DNA of 63,765 bases, the filler included, from Deltaproteobacteria bacterium (lineage in GTDB: Bacteria; JAUYMQ01): assembly GCA_030698575.1 (NCBI GenBank). It is 15 parts of 15 records of this genome, joined end to end, with 100 filler letters (N's around TTAATTAATTAA, not from the genome) between each part and the next. Parts side by side here need not be neighbours in the genome. Positions count along the whole stretch, not along the records: positions 5,477 to 13,655 come from JAUYMQ010000284.1; positions 13,756 to 16,355 come from JAUYMQ010000286.1; positions 16,456 to 19,424 come from JAUYMQ010000307.1; 12 more parts are not named here. One strand, 5' to 3'. The notes beneath the pieces are model-generated. The model had not been told where the DNA came from. It saw only the letters and a list, made by a program, of their open reading frames with translations, and searched no databases. Position numbers and translations under genes: made by a program. Shown here piece after piece: positions 7,797 to 18,356 of the stretch; position 1 is the first letter of the stretch; the number at the start of each line of letters is the position of its first letter.

Positions 7797-9845
7797 ATGA
7801 AGCCTCTCGTCTCACGCTGGGTCCGCATCCGGGTCGCCTTCGTCGCCCTGTCGTTCATCCTCGGCCTCTCGCTCATCCTCCTCCGCGCCGTCCAGCTGCA
7901 GGTCATCGATCAGGCGCACCTGGCTGCGCTGGCGGAAAGGCAGCACAGAACGGAGATCCAGGTCGCCCCGAAGCGGGGACCCATCTACGATCGGAACATG
8001 CAGGAGCTGGCGGTCAGCCTCGAAGTCGAGTCGATCCACGCCCGTCCCCGCGAACTCCGCTCCGCCGAAGATGCCGCCAAGCGCCTAGCTCCCGTGGTGG
8101 GCGTCGATCCATCAAAGCTCCTCGCACGCTTTAAAGGAAAAAGCCCCTTCGTCTGGGTGAAGCGGCAGGCCACGCCCACCGAGGCGACGGCCGTGCGCGC
8201 CCTGGGAATCGAGGGAGTCGGTTTTACCCGCGAGGGCCGGCGTTTCTACCCTCACCGGAGCCTCGGGGGAAAGCTCCTGGGTTTCGTAGGAATGGACGGC
8301 GAAGGGCTCGAGGGGCTGGAACTGCAGCATGACCAGGTTCTCCGCGGCAAGACCGAGAGACTGCACGCCATGCGCGACGCTCTCCGGCGCCGCATCCTCG
8401 TGGACGGGCTCGAGCCCGGAGGGGCCGCGGAGGGGCACGGGATCATCCTGACCATCGATCACGCTATCCAGTACATCGCGGATTCCGCGATCCAGACCGC
8501 CGTCGAGAACGCCCGGGCGCGCCGCGGAATCGCCGTCGTGATGGATCCGCGGACGGGCGACATCCTCGCCATTGCCGAATCGCCCGGCTTCAATCCGAAC
8601 GTCTACGCCGAGGCAGCGCCCGAAAACCGGCATTGCTGGGCGTTCTGCAGCACCTTCGAGCCCGGATCCACCTTCAAGATCTTCGTCGTGGCCGCAGCTC
8701 TCGAGGCCGGCGCCGTCCGCCACGATCAGCGCGTTTACTGCGAGGGCGGCGCCTACCGCGTGGGCAAACACACGATCCACGACGTGCATCCTTACGGCTG
8801 GCTCGATCTGGCGGGCGTCGTGAAGCACTCTTCGAACATCGGCGCGCTGAAGATCGCGGATCGCCTGGGCACCGAGGACTTCTACCGTTATATTCGGGCT
8901 TTCGGTTTCGGATCCCGCAGCGGCGCGGGCTTCCCCGGTGACCTCCCAGGCCTGCTCCCCCCCGTCAAGCAGTGGAAGAACATCACCAGGAGCACCATCG
9001 CCTTCGGACAGGGCATTGCCGTGACTCCGGTCCAGATCACGGCCGCGGTCTCGGCCATTGCGAACGGCGGGACGCTCCTGCAGCCGCGTCTGGTCATGGC
9101 GAAGGTCGATCAGAAAGGGGACGTGGTCGCGAGCTACGAGCCCCGCGCCGTGCGGCGGGTAATCTCGAAGGAAACGGCCACCTTGCTCACCGCCTTCATG
9201 AAGGGAGTCACCGAGGAGGGCGGCACCGGCACGGCGGCCCGGGCGCCCGGCTACGCAGTGGCCGGGAAGACCGGCACAGCGCAGAAGGTCCAGGAGGGGA
9301 AGCGGGGGTACTCCTCCAAGCGGGTGGGATCCTTTATCGGCTTCGTGCCTGCGGACAATCCGCGGCTTGCCATCAGCGTGATCATCGACGAGCCCCGGGG
9401 CATTCCCTACGGCGGACGGGTGGCCGCCCCGGCTTTCCGCGAGATCGCGGAGAAGGCCTTGCCCTACATGGGCGTCGCGCCCGATCAGGATTCTCCGGAG
9501 TCGCTGCGCGCCGCGGTGGAAGCGCAGGCGCCGCTTAAAGCGCGGGGAGAGGCCGGGCGTTTGCCGGTCCACCGCGCTCCTGCGGCCCCGGCTGCGATCA
9601 CCGCCGAGGGAAAGGCCGCAGCGGAGAAGGCGCCGCCTGGCGTTGAAACGGTCGCCCTGGCTCCCCGCGTACCGGATTTCCACGGGCTCAGCATCCGGGA
9701 TGCGCTCATTCTCGCGGAAGCTCAGAATATCGCGCTGGAGATAGAAGGCAGCGGGCTTGCCCACGCGCAATCACTGGAGGCGGGAGAGCCGCTGGAGCCA
9801 GGCGCGATCATCAAGATCAAATTCTCGCCTCCGGGGTCCTCGTGA
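7797..9845 (+). CDS. ftsI: Peptidoglycan D,D-transpeptidase FtsI (PBP3) with C-terminal PASTA domain
   Basis: RGPIYDRN, STFK, SSN and KTGT motifs; VPDFHGLS PASTA. Confidence 0.95.
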   Translation: MKPLVSRWVRIRVAFVALSFILGLSLILLRAVQLQVIDQAHLAALAERQHRTEIQVAPKRGPIYDRNMQELAVSLEVESIHARPRELRSAEDAAKRLAPVVGVDPSKLLARFKGKSPFVWVKRQATPTEATAVRALGIEGVGFTREGRRFYPHRSLGGKLLGFVGMDGEGLEGLELQHDQVLRGKTERLHAMRDALRRRILVDGLEPGGAAEGHGIILTIDHAIQYIADSAIQTAVENARARRGIAVVMDPRTGDILAIAESPGFNPNVYAEAAPENRHCWAFCSTFEPGSTFKIFVVAAALEAGAVRHDQRVYCEGGAYRVGKHTIHDVHPYGWLDLAGVVKHSSNIGALKIADRLGTEDFYRYIRAFGFGSRSGAGFPGDLPGLLPPVKQWKNITRSTIAFGQGIAVTPVQITAAVSAIANGGTLLQPRLVMAKVDQKGDVVASYEPRAVRRVISKETATLLTAFMKGVTEEGGTGTAARAPGYAVAGKTGTAQKVQEGKRGYSSKRVGSFIGFVPADNPRLAISVIIDEPRGIPYGGRVAAPAFREIAEKALPYMGVAPDQDSPESLRAAVEAQAPLKARGEAGRLPVHRAPAAPAAITAEGKAAAEKAPPGVETVALAPRVPDFHGLSIRDALILAEAQNIALEIEGSGLAHAQSLEAGEPLEPGAIIKIKFSPPGSS

Positions 9846-9875
9846 CGGCCCCCGGGCGAACGGACGGCAGGACCC

Positions 9876-11402
9876 ATGCGACTCGGGGATCTCATCGAGG
9901 GTTACGCGTCAGCGCGGGGAGGCGACCCGGATCGGGAGATCACCGATGTGACCCCGGATTCGCGGAAAGCCGCCCCGGGGAGCGTCTTCGTGGCCGTCCC
10001 CGGCCTCAGCACCGACGGACACCGCTTCATCGCCGAGGCCGTGCGCCGCGGCGCCGTCGCGGTCGTGGGCCAGCAGCTTGACGAGGTCCCTTCCGGGGTC
10101 GCGGCCGTCGAGGTTCCTGACAGCAGGGTCGCACTGGGACTGCTCGCGGCGAGGCTTCACGGCAACCCTTCGCGCGAGATGCTCGTTGTCGGCATCACGG
10201 GGACGAACGGCAAGACGACAACGAGCTATCTGATTGAATCGGTTCTGCGCGAGGCGGGCTGGCGCGTCGGCGTCATCGGGACGGTCGAGTACCGCTGGGC
10301 TGGAGAGCGGCGGCCAGCGCTTCATACGACGCCGGAATCGTCGGATCTGCAAGCGCTCCTGCGCGAGATGCGCCGGGCGGAATGCGACGCCGTGGTCATC
10401 GAGGTGTCGAGCCACGCCCTCGCGCTGGGCAGACTGGCGGGGTGCGACGTGGATCTCGGGGTGTTCACCAACCTGACCCAGGATCACCTCGACTACCACG
10501 GATCGATGGAAGCGTACTTCAACGCCAAGGCGCGGCTCTTCCACGAGCATCTCGCCGAGCCCGAGACGAAACGGCCGCGCTGGGCCGTGGTGAATGTGGA
10601 CGACCCGCGGGCCCCGGAAATCCTGGCCCGCACGCCCTGCGCTTCGATTACTTACGCCTGCGCGACCGAGGCGCGAGTGTCGGCCTGGGAGACCAAGTTC
10701 GATCTTACGGGCATCGCGACGGAGGTGGTCACACCCGTGGGGGGATTTGATCTCCGCTCGCCGCTGATAGGGCTCTACAACCTGTCGAACCTGCTCGCCG
10801 CGACGGCGGCAGGCGTGGCTCTGGAGATACCCCTGGAGACGATCCGGCGCGGGCTTTCAGAGGTGTCGAGGATCCCGGGGCGCATGGAGCGGGCGGGGGA
10901 GCTGGACGCGCCGCCGGTCTTCGTGGATTACGCGCACACGCCCGACGCGCTCGAGCGGGTGCTCGACACCGCGGCCGGCCTGGCGCCGGGGGGGCTCATC
11001 GCCGTGTTCGGCTGCGGGGGTGACCGGGATCGCGGAAAGCGGCGCCTCATGGGCGAGATCGCCGCGCGACGGGCCCGGCTTACCATTGTCACGAGCGACA
11101 ATCCCCGGAGCGAGGATCCGCTCGCGATCATCGACGAGATCCTTCCGGGGATCGTAGAGGCCGGAGCGACGCGACACCCGCCGGAGCTGCTCCATGACCT
11201 TCCCCCCGGGCCGGGCTTCGCCGTGGTGCCCGACCGGCGCGAGGCGATCGCCCTTGGCTCGAGGCTGGCCGCGCCCGGCCGCGTCGTCGTCATCGCGGGC
11301 AAGGGGCACGAGGATTATCAGATCATCGGAAAAGAGCGGCACCACTTCGATGATCGGGAAGAAGCAATGAAGGCCCTCGGCGCGACCCGGACGGCTACAT
11401 GA
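9876..11402 (+). CDS. murE: UDP-MurNAc-tripeptide synthetase MurE (meso-DAP type)
   Basis: GITGTNGKTT, EVSSH, QDHLDYH, DYAHTPD, GCGGDRD, DNPR, AGKGHE. Confidence 0.97.
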   Translation: MRLGDLIEGYASARGGDPDREITDVTPDSRKAAPGSVFVAVPGLSTDGHRFIAEAVRRGAVAVVGQQLDEVPSGVAAVEVPDSRVALGLLAARLHGNPSREMLVVGITGTNGKTTTSYLIESVLREAGWRVGVIGTVEYRWAGERRPALHTTPESSDLQALLREMRRAECDAVVIEVSSHALALGRLAGCDVDLGVFTNLTQDHLDYHGSMEAYFNAKARLFHEHLAEPETKRPRWAVVNVDDPRAPEILARTPCASITYACATEARVSAWETKFDLTGIATEVVTPVGGFDLRSPLIGLYNLSNLLAATAAGVALEIPLETIRRGLSEVSRIPGRMERAGELDAPPVFVDYAHTPDALERVLDTAAGLAPGGLIAVFGCGGDRDRGKRRLMGEIAARRARLTIVTSDNPRSEDPLAIIDEILPGIVEAGATRHPPELLHDLPPGPGFAVVPDRREAIALGSRLAAPGRVVVIAGKGHEDYQIIGKERHHFDDREEAMKALGATRTAT

Positions 11403-12796
11403 TATCCACCGGGACATCGCGCTTTCCCGTCGCCTGGATGGTCCGGGCTTCGGGAGGCAAGCTCGTACGGGGAAGCGCCGGGGGCGATTTTACAGGGCTG
11501 TCGAACGACACGCGGACCATCCCGCGAGGCGCGCTGTACGTCGCGCTCCGGGGGGAGCGCTTCGACGGCCACAAGTTCTGTCGCGAGGCCCTGACGAAAG
11601 GGGCCGGCGGCGTGCTGGTCGAGCGTGATCGCGCGCGCGCGCTCCGCCTGCCCGGCGGCGCTGTCGTGATAGAGGCGGCCAACACGCTTCGCGCCCTCGG
11701 CAGGATCGCCCGCGAGCACCGGCGGCGCTTCGACATTCCGGTGATCGCGATAACCGGCTCGAACGGCAAGACGACCACTAAAGAGATGGCGGCCGCAGTC
11801 ATCGGGCGGCGATTCAGGATCCTCAAGACCGAGGGGAACCTGAACAACCTGATCGGCCTGCCGCTCACGCTGATGGGGCTCGGGCCGGCGCACGAGGTCG
11901 CCGTTCTCGAGCTGGGAATGAACCATTCGGGCGAGATCCGCGACCTGACGCGGATCTGCGAGCCAACGGTCGGCGTCATCACGAACGTCGGCCCCGCGCA
12001 CATCGAGAACTTCCGGAGCCTCGACGGGATCGGAAGGGCGAAGGGAGAACTCTACCGCACCATGCGCGGCGGCACGATCGTCGTGAATGCCGACGACCCG
12101 CGGGCGGTTGAACAGGCGCGGGGCCTCCGCCTAAAGCGGATTACCTTCGGCATCGACAGGCCCGCCCGCCTGCGCGCCGAGCGGATCCGCCGCAAGGACA
12201 CGACCAGTCTCTCCTTCACGCTGGTCGCGGGCGGGAAGCGGACCCGGATCTTGCTGCCGGCCCCCGGGCGCTACAACGTTTCGAACGCGCTCGCCGCTGC
12301 GGGCGCGGCTCACGCCATCGGTCTCGGCGCCCCCGATGTGGCCCGCGGGCTCGCGGGCTTCGAGAACTCGAAGTGGAGGATGGAGATCGTGAAAGTCGGA
12401 AGAAACGTGATCCTCATCAATGACTGTTACAACGCGAACCCGGCCTCGATGGAGGCGGCCCTGCGCAGCTTCGTCGAGATGAAGGGCGATGCGAGGGGCA
12501 TCGCCGTGCTCGGCGACATGCTCGAGCTGGGAAAGAAGAGCGAGGCGGCCCATCGTGGTGTGGGGAAGCTCGTGCGGGACCTCGGGCTGGAAGTGCTGAT
12601 GACCTATGGACGGCAGGCTCGGGCTATCGCGGAGGAGGCCTCGGGACGGGGGAGCCCGACCGAGGTGCACATCGGGCGATCTCACGGTGAGATCGCCTCG
12701 AAGCTACGCGGCATGGTTCAGGGGAGGGACTGGGTGCTGGTCAAGGGATCCCGCGGTATGAAGATGGAGAAGATTGTGGAGGGCTTCGGCACCTGA
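11399..12796 (+). CDS. murF: UDP-MurNAc-pentapeptide synthetase MurF
   Basis: ITGSNGKTTTK, GNLNN, ELGMNHSGEI, DCYNANP, GDMLELG, KGSRG. Confidence 0.96.
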   Translation: MISTGTSRFPVAWMVRASGGKLVRGSAGGDFTGLSNDTRTIPRGALYVALRGERFDGHKFCREALTKGAGGVLVERDRARALRLPGGAVVIEAANTLRALGRIAREHRRRFDIPVIAITGSNGKTTTKEMAAAVIGRRFRILKTEGNLNNLIGLPLTLMGLGPAHEVAVLELGMNHSGEIRDLTRICEPTVGVITNVGPAHIENFRSLDGIGRAKGELYRTMRGGTIVVNADDPRAVEQARGLRLKRITFGIDRPARLRAERIRRKDTTSLSFTLVAGGKRTRILLPAPGRYNVSNALAAAGAAHAIGLGAPDVARGLAGFENSKWRMEIVKVGRNVILINDCYNANPASMEAALRSFVEMKGDARGIAVLGDMLELGKKSEAAHRGVGKLVRDLGLEVLMTYGRQARAIAEEASGRGSPTEVHIGRSHGEIASKLRGMVQGRDWVLVKGSRGMKMEKIVEGFGT

Positions 12797-13655
12797 TGCT
12801 CTACCACCTTCTCTATCCGCTGCATACCGATTTCACGCTGTTCAACGTCGTGCGCTACATCAGCTTCAGGAGCCTGGCTGCGGCGCTGACGGCGTTGCTC
12901 GTCTCGTTCCTGCTCGGCCCGAGCCTCATCCGCTGGCTCAAGGCGCGGCAGATCGGGCAGCACGTCCGGAACGACGGCCCGCAATCGCACCTCAGCAAGG
13001 CGGGGACACCGACCATGGGGGGATCCCTCATCATTATCGCGATGTCACTGGCGACGCTCGCCTGGGTGGAGCTCGACAACCCTTACGTCTGGCTCGTGAT
13101 CCTCATCGTGATCGGCTACGGATCGGTCGGCTTCGTGGATGACTACCGGAAGCTCATCCGCAAGAACTCCAAGGGGCTTTCCGCGAAGCAGAAGCTCTTC
13201 TGGCAGTTCCTCATGGCCGGCATCGTGGCGGGCTTCCTCTACGCGCTTCCGGACAGCGAGTTCGGCACCACCCTGACGGTGCCGTTTTTCAAGAATTTCC
13301 AGCCGGATCTCGGATGGCTCTACATTCCGTTCGTCATGCTCGTGATCGTCGGCACGTCGAACGCGGTGAACCTGACAGACGGGCTCGACGGTTTGGCGAT
13401 CGGCCCGGTTATCACATGCATCATCACCTTCGGCATGATGACGTACTTCGCGGGCCACCAGGAGATCTCGAACTACCTGCAGATTCCCTATGTCCCCGGC
13501 AGCGGCACGCTGGCGATCGTCTGCGCGGCCGTGTTCGGCGCGGGCCTCGGGTTTCTCTGGTTCAACACCTTCCCGGCCCAGGTGTTCATGGGGGACGTGG
13601 GAAGCCTCGCGCTCGGCGGCGCGCTCGGAACAGTCGCGGTGGTGACGAAGCAGGA
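12796..13655 (+). CDS. mraY: Phospho-MurNAc-pentapeptide translocase MraY (3' truncated)
   Basis: KAGTPTMGG, GFVDDY, NAVNLTDGLDGL, FMGDVGS. Confidence 0.97.
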
Positions 13656-13760
13656 NNNNNNNNNNNNNNNNNNNNNNNNNNNNNNNNNNNNNNNNNNNNT
13701 TAATTAATTAANNNNNNNNNNNNNNNNNNNNNNNNNNNNNNNNNNNNNNNNNNNNGTTTC

Positions 13761-14027
13761 ATGGTGGAGTTCTCAAAAAAAATAAATAACAAGATCGGTC
13801 TGCACTTGCGGGCCGCCGGTGAGTTTGTGAAGGTCGCCGCGCAGTTCGAGAGCTCCATCACGGTGTACAATGGTGACAGGCACGCCAACGGCAAGAGCAT
13901 CCTCGGCCTAGCCAGCCTGGCCGCTGCGCGCGGGGCCATCATTCGAGTCGAAGTCGACGGTCCAGACGAAAAGGCCGCGCAAAAGGCGCTGAAGACCTTG
14001 TTCGACAACAACTTCTACGAAGACTAG
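13761..14027 (+). CDS. ptsH: Phosphocarrier protein HPr
   Basis: GLHLRAA (His15) and NGKSILG (Ser46); upstream of enzyme I. Confidence 0.92.
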   Translation: MVEFSKKINNKIGLHLRAAGEFVKVAAQFESSITVYNGDRHANGKSILGLASLAAARGAIIRVEVDGPDEKAAQKALKTLFDNNFYED

Positions 14028-14099
14028 ACACAAGACGGTAATACCCAATCGGTCACATCCTGCCGCCCGCAGGGGTTGAGGGAGGGCCGGCGTGCTGCA

Positions 14100-15995
14100 A
14101 TGACCTCAGACAAACTAAGCAAGCTGAGAAAAGAGACCAAGGAAACCCTGGCGCAATCGGCGCGCGAGTCCGTCGAGAAAGCCGCCGAACAGGCGGCCCG
14201 GGATTCCCTCGCGGTTCCCATGGCACGGCGCGAGGAAGTGCGCCGCCGCGGTATCTCCGCCGCGCCCGGCATCGTCATCGGTCGCGGATTCCTCAAGGAT
14301 TCGGAGTTCTTCCACGTTCCCCGCACCGTTATCGACGAAGAGCGCATCGAGGCGGAAGTGGATGTATTCGAACAAACGCTCATCGATACACGCAAAGAGA
14401 TCGACGAGATCAAGACGCACATGGAGGAGCAGCTTGGCGAGGACCATGCACGCATCTTCGACGCTCACCTCCTTATTCTCGACGACGAAGTAATCACCGA
14501 CGGCACCATCGCCGTGATCCGCGAACAGCGGCTCAACGCGGCCGCCGCATTCGACACGGTGATTACCCGAATCACGGCCATGTTCGCCGAAATGGAGGAC
14601 GAGTACCTCAAGGACCGCTACATCGACATCAAGGACGTCGAGCGCCGCGTGATCCGTAACCTTCTGGGCAAGAAGCGCAGCTCGGTGCAGAAACCGCGTG
14701 AGCCGGCCAGCATTGTGGCCCACGACCTCTCGCCCAGCGACACCGCCCAGTTCGACCGTAGTTTGACGCTCGCGTTTGCAACCGACCTCGGCGGCCGCAC
14801 CTCGCACACCGCCATACTCGCTCGCTCGCAGGGTGTCCCGGCGGTGGTGGGGCTGGAAAACCTCTTCGAGCTCGTCGAGAACGGCGACACAGTGATCGTC
14901 GACGGCAACACGGGCACCGTTGTTGTCAACCCTACGCAGTCGACGATAGAGGAGTACGAGGAGGAGATAGCTCGCTTCAAAGAGCTCGAAGAGCAGCTCC
15001 TCACGCTCACCGGGTTCCCCGCCGTAACCCTGGACGACAAGCGCTACGGCCTCGTCGCCAATCTGGACCTTCCCGAAGAGGTGGAGCACGCGCTCGACTA
15101 CGGGGCGCAGGGGGTTGGGCTGTTCCGCACCGAGTATTTCTTCATCTCGCGGCAGTATCTGCCGTCGGAGGAAGACCAGTACCAGATGTATCGCGCCGTG
15201 GCTGAACGCATGGGCGATCGCCCCGTCGTGATCCGCACCCTCGACATCGGCGGCGACAAGATTGCGAGCTACCTGCACCGCTCGCCCGAGCTGAACCCGT
15301 TCATGGGCTGGCGCGGGATCCGGTTCTGTCTCACCCGCAAGGACATCTTCAAGACGCAGCTTCGTGCCATCTACCGGGCCAGCGTGCACGGGCGCATCCG
15401 CATCATGTTTCCGATGATCTCCCGGCTCGAGGAAGTCCTTCAGGCCAAGGAGATATGCGCCGAGGTCAGGCGCGAACTGGCCCGCGACCGCTTCAAATTC
15501 GACGAGAATGTCGAGCTGGGGATCATGGTCGAAACGCCGGCCGCGGTCGCCGTGGCCGACACGCTGGCCAAGCACGTCTCCTTCTTCTCCATCGGCACCA
15601 ACGACCTGGTGCAGTACACGATGGCGGTGGACCGCGGGAATGCCCGCATCGCGCACCTCTACCAGAACCACCACCCCGCCATCATCCGCTTTCTCCGGCA
15701 GACGATCACGGCCGGACACAAGCGCGGTATCCATGTGTCGGTGTGCGGCGAGATGGGCGGCGACCCGGCATCGGTGCTGCTCCTGATCGGGATGCAGGTG
15801 GACGAGATCAGTCTGAGCCCCAACATGATTCCCGAGGTAAAGCGTACGATCCGCTCGGTCACCTTCGACCAGTGCCGAGCGCTCGTCCGGCGGGTGATGC
15901 GACTCGGCACCACGGCCGAAATCGACGCGGAGATCGAGGAATTCATCGCGCGCCACGTCCGCAATTCGCACGACAACGGAGGGTCAACGAAGTGA
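14100..15995 (+). CDS. ptsI: PEP-protein phosphotransferase (PTS enzyme I)
   Basis: GRTSHTAILAR, GVGLFRTE, RTLDIGGDK, NPFMGWRGIR, SIGTNDLVQY, CGEM. Confidence 0.96.
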   Translation: MTSDKLSKLRKETKETLAQSARESVEKAAEQAARDSLAVPMARREEVRRRGISAAPGIVIGRGFLKDSEFFHVPRTVIDEERIEAEVDVFEQTLIDTRKEIDEIKTHMEEQLGEDHARIFDAHLLILDDEVITDGTIAVIREQRLNAAAAFDTVITRITAMFAEMEDEYLKDRYIDIKDVERRVIRNLLGKKRSSVQKPREPASIVAHDLSPSDTAQFDRSLTLAFATDLGGRTSHTAILARSQGVPAVVGLENLFELVENGDTVIVDGNTGTVVVNPTQSTIEEYEEEIARFKELEEQLLTLTGFPAVTLDDKRYGLVANLDLPEEVEHALDYGAQGVGLFRTEYFFISRQYLPSEEDQYQMYRAVAERMGDRPVVIRTLDIGGDKIASYLHRSPELNPFMGWRGIRFCLTRKDIFKTQLRAIYRASVHGRIRIMFPMISRLEEVLQAKEICAEVRRELARDRFKFDENVELGIMVETPAAVAVADTLAKHVSFFSIGTNDLVQYTMAVDRGNARIAHLYQNHHPAIIRFLRQTITAGHKRGIHVSVCGEMGGDPASVLLLIGMQVDEISLSPNMIPEVKRTIRSVTFDQCRALVRRVMRLGTTAEIDAEIEEFIARHVRNSHDNGGSTK

Positions 15996-16355
15996 CGCAG
16001 AATCTGGAAGCCCTCAGGGCCGAACACGACGTCGATGACATGCTGGGAAAGGTCGCGGGATTCCCGGCCCAGATGCGCGAGGCGTGGAAGATCGGCGCCG
16101 AGTTCGCGCCGCGCGTGAAGAAGGGTGACTACCGCGCTATCGTGGTGTGCGGCATGGGTGGCTCGGCCATCGGTGGCGATATGCTGCGCTCGCTCTTCGG
16201 CGAACGCCTGCGTGCGCCCATCGTCAGCTGCCGCGACTACACCGTCCCCGCCTACCTGGCCAGAGACTCCTTCGTCATCGTCTCCAGTTATTCCGGCAAC
16301 ACGGGCGAGACGCTTTCGTGCTACGACAGCCTGCGCGGCACCGACGCCACGCGCG
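15992..16355 (+). CDS. Bifunctional phosphoglucose/phosphomannose isomerase (SIS), N-terminal part
   Basis: CGMGGSAIGGD and SSYSGNTGET; GTGA overlap with ptsI. Confidence 0.88.
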
Positions 16356-16455
16356 NNNNNNNNNNNNNNNNNNNNNNNNNNNNNNNNNNNNNNNNNNNNT
16401 TAATTAATTAANNNNNNNNNNNNNNNNNNNNNNNNNNNNNNNNNNNNNNNNNNNN

Positions 16456-17384
16456 GCTTCCTCGATCCGGCTCTTAAGGACACCCTTTCCGGCGACTGGG
16501 AGCGGCGGATCCGGGAACTCGCAATCGACTACTTCGTCAAGCTCGATGCGCAGCTGGCCGAACTCGTGGAGATCGCCGGACCGGACACCCGCGTGTTCAT
16601 CGCTTCCGATCACGGGGCAGGCTCGAGCACCGAGATCTTCTTCCCGAACGCTCTTCTCTCCCGCCTGGGATACCTCCGGTGGAAGGATCAAGGGCCGACG
16701 GTGCCGGACGACCAGCTCACCGCCCCCTACATCTTCGATTTCTACAAATCGATCGACTGGCCCGCGACGACCGCCTACCTGCGCTCGTCGAGCGCCAACG
16801 GCATCTACATCCGCCGCGCCGAGCGCGGGTGGGGCGGCGTGACCGAGGCTGATTATCCCGCCTTCCGGGAGAAGCTCATCGCTGATCTCCTGGGCTACGT
16901 CGACCCGCGGGACGGCAAGCCGGTCATCACCCGGGTTCTCACCCGTGAGGAGGCCTTCGCGGGACCCGCGATGGAGGAAGCCCCGGACATCACTCTCTTC
17001 CTCCGCGACGGCGGACATCCGGCAGTGTTGAACTCCGATGAGATCGTCAAGCCCCGCCATCAGATCAGCGGGATGCACCGGCACGCGGGGGTTCTCGTCG
17101 CGGTGGGGCCCGGTCTGCGTCGCGGACTGTCGCTACCGCCCCGTGGAATTTCCGACATGACGCCCACGATGCTCTACAGCCTGGGGCTCCCGATTCCCGA
17201 GGGGCTCGAGGGCGAGCTCGTTCGGGAGGCTTTCGAAAAGGACCAGCTGGAGGCGGAGCCGGTTCGCTTCGAGCAGGCGGCGGCGAACAGCGAACGGCAA
17301 TCAGAAGGGCCGGACGAGACCATGAGCGCTGAGGATGAAGCCACGGTGCTCAAGCGGCTTCAGCAGCTCGGGTATCTGGATTAG
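16456..17384 (+). CDS. Alkaline phosphatase superfamily / type I phosphodiesterase, C-terminal part
   Basis: ASDHG, APDI, SGMHR, DMTPT, C-terminal RLQQLGYLD. Confidence 0.85.
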
Positions 17385-17396
17385 ACAGGACGACCG

Positions 17397-17435
17397 GGAT
17401 ACGACACCCCGGATACGACACTAGGGATACGACGC
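17397..17435 (+). repeat. Three 14-bp-period repeats GGATACGAC(A/G)C
   Basis: Copies start at 17397, 17411 and 17425 in the intergenic gap. Confidence 0.85.
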
Positions 17436-17465
17436 ATCATGAACGACAACTGACGGGCGAGATTC

Positions 17466-18356
17466 ATGGCCAAAGCAGTGCTCCAGGGAGTTCCGGTTCA
17501 CTACGTCCGGTCGGGCGAAGGGCCCGATCTGTTCCTGGTGCACGGGCTCGCCGCCGATCTCTCCTTCTGGTATCTGCGGGTCGTCCCGAAGCTCAGCGCC
17601 CGGTGGCGGGTGACGGTCTACGACATGCGCGGGCACGGCTTCAGCGGCATGCCGGACTCGGGATATACCCCGGAGGATCTCGCGCAGGAGCTGCGCGCCC
17701 TGATGGACCACCTCGGCATCGGCAGCGCGCACATCGGCGGCCACAGCTTCGGCGGCGCCGTGGCGCTTCAGCTGGCGCTGAGTGACCCCGAACGCGTCCG
17801 GAGCCTCGCGCTCTTCGACGTCCGGTTGCCCCAGCTCCAGCCGCTTCCACCCACGCACGAGAGCGCCTTCTGGCGCGAGCGGCGGGAGGCGCTGAGATCC
17901 AGGGGCGTCGAGGTGAGCGAGGAAACCCCCAAGATCCTCTACTCGCTTCTCGAGGAGATCGCCGGACAGACAGGAAAGAAGAACGGCGCGACGACCGGCG
18001 TACCGGGATTCGGAAGCTGGAAGCCCGGCAGCCGCATGGCCCGCCGCTGGGAAAGGCTGCGGGATGAGACGCGCATGGCGAAGGAGGTGGGGGCGTGCAC
18101 CACGCTGAACGCGAGCGCCCTTACGACGGTCGCGCAGCCGGTCCTGCTTTCCTTCGGCGAGAGATCGCGCTCACTCGACACATGCAAGGCCCTCGAGAAG
18201 TGCCTGCCCGATCACCGCACGATCATTCACCCGGGCGTCGGGCACTTCTTTCCGGCCGTCCGCCCCGACTACGTCATCGAGGATCTCCGCCCCTTCCTCG
18301 AAGAGGTGGAGGGGTCAGCCAGAGGCGCGGCACCACGCGAGGAGGGTCGCCCATGA
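17466..18356 (+). CDS. Alpha/beta hydrolase
   Basis: LVHGL, YDMRGHGFS, nucleophile GHSFGG, C-terminal GHFF. Confidence 0.92.
   Translation: MAKAVLQGVPVHYVRSGEGPDLFLVHGLAADLSFWYLRVVPKLSARWRVTVYDMRGHGFSGMPDSGYTPEDLAQELRALMDHLGIGSAHIGGHSFGGAVALQLALSDPERVRSLALFDVRLPQLQPLPPTHESAFWRERREALRSRGVEVSEETPKILYSLLEEIAGQTGKKNGATTGVPGFGSWKPGSRMARRWERLRDETRMAKEVGACTTLNASALTTVAQPVLLSFGERSRSLDTCKALEKCLPDHRTIIHPGVGHFFPAVRPDYVIEDLRPFLEEVEGSARGAAPREEGRP

Noticed and set aside
8112-9770. Long antisense ORFs (also 14115-15971, 26684-28645, 37713-39248, 43874-45409, 48779-50311, 55128-56489)
   Set aside because: Shadows of well-supported genes on the opposite strand, expected in high-GC DNA
17397-17435. CRISPR array
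   Set aside because: 14-bp period with no spacers and no cas genes; no CRISPR array seen anywhere in the window
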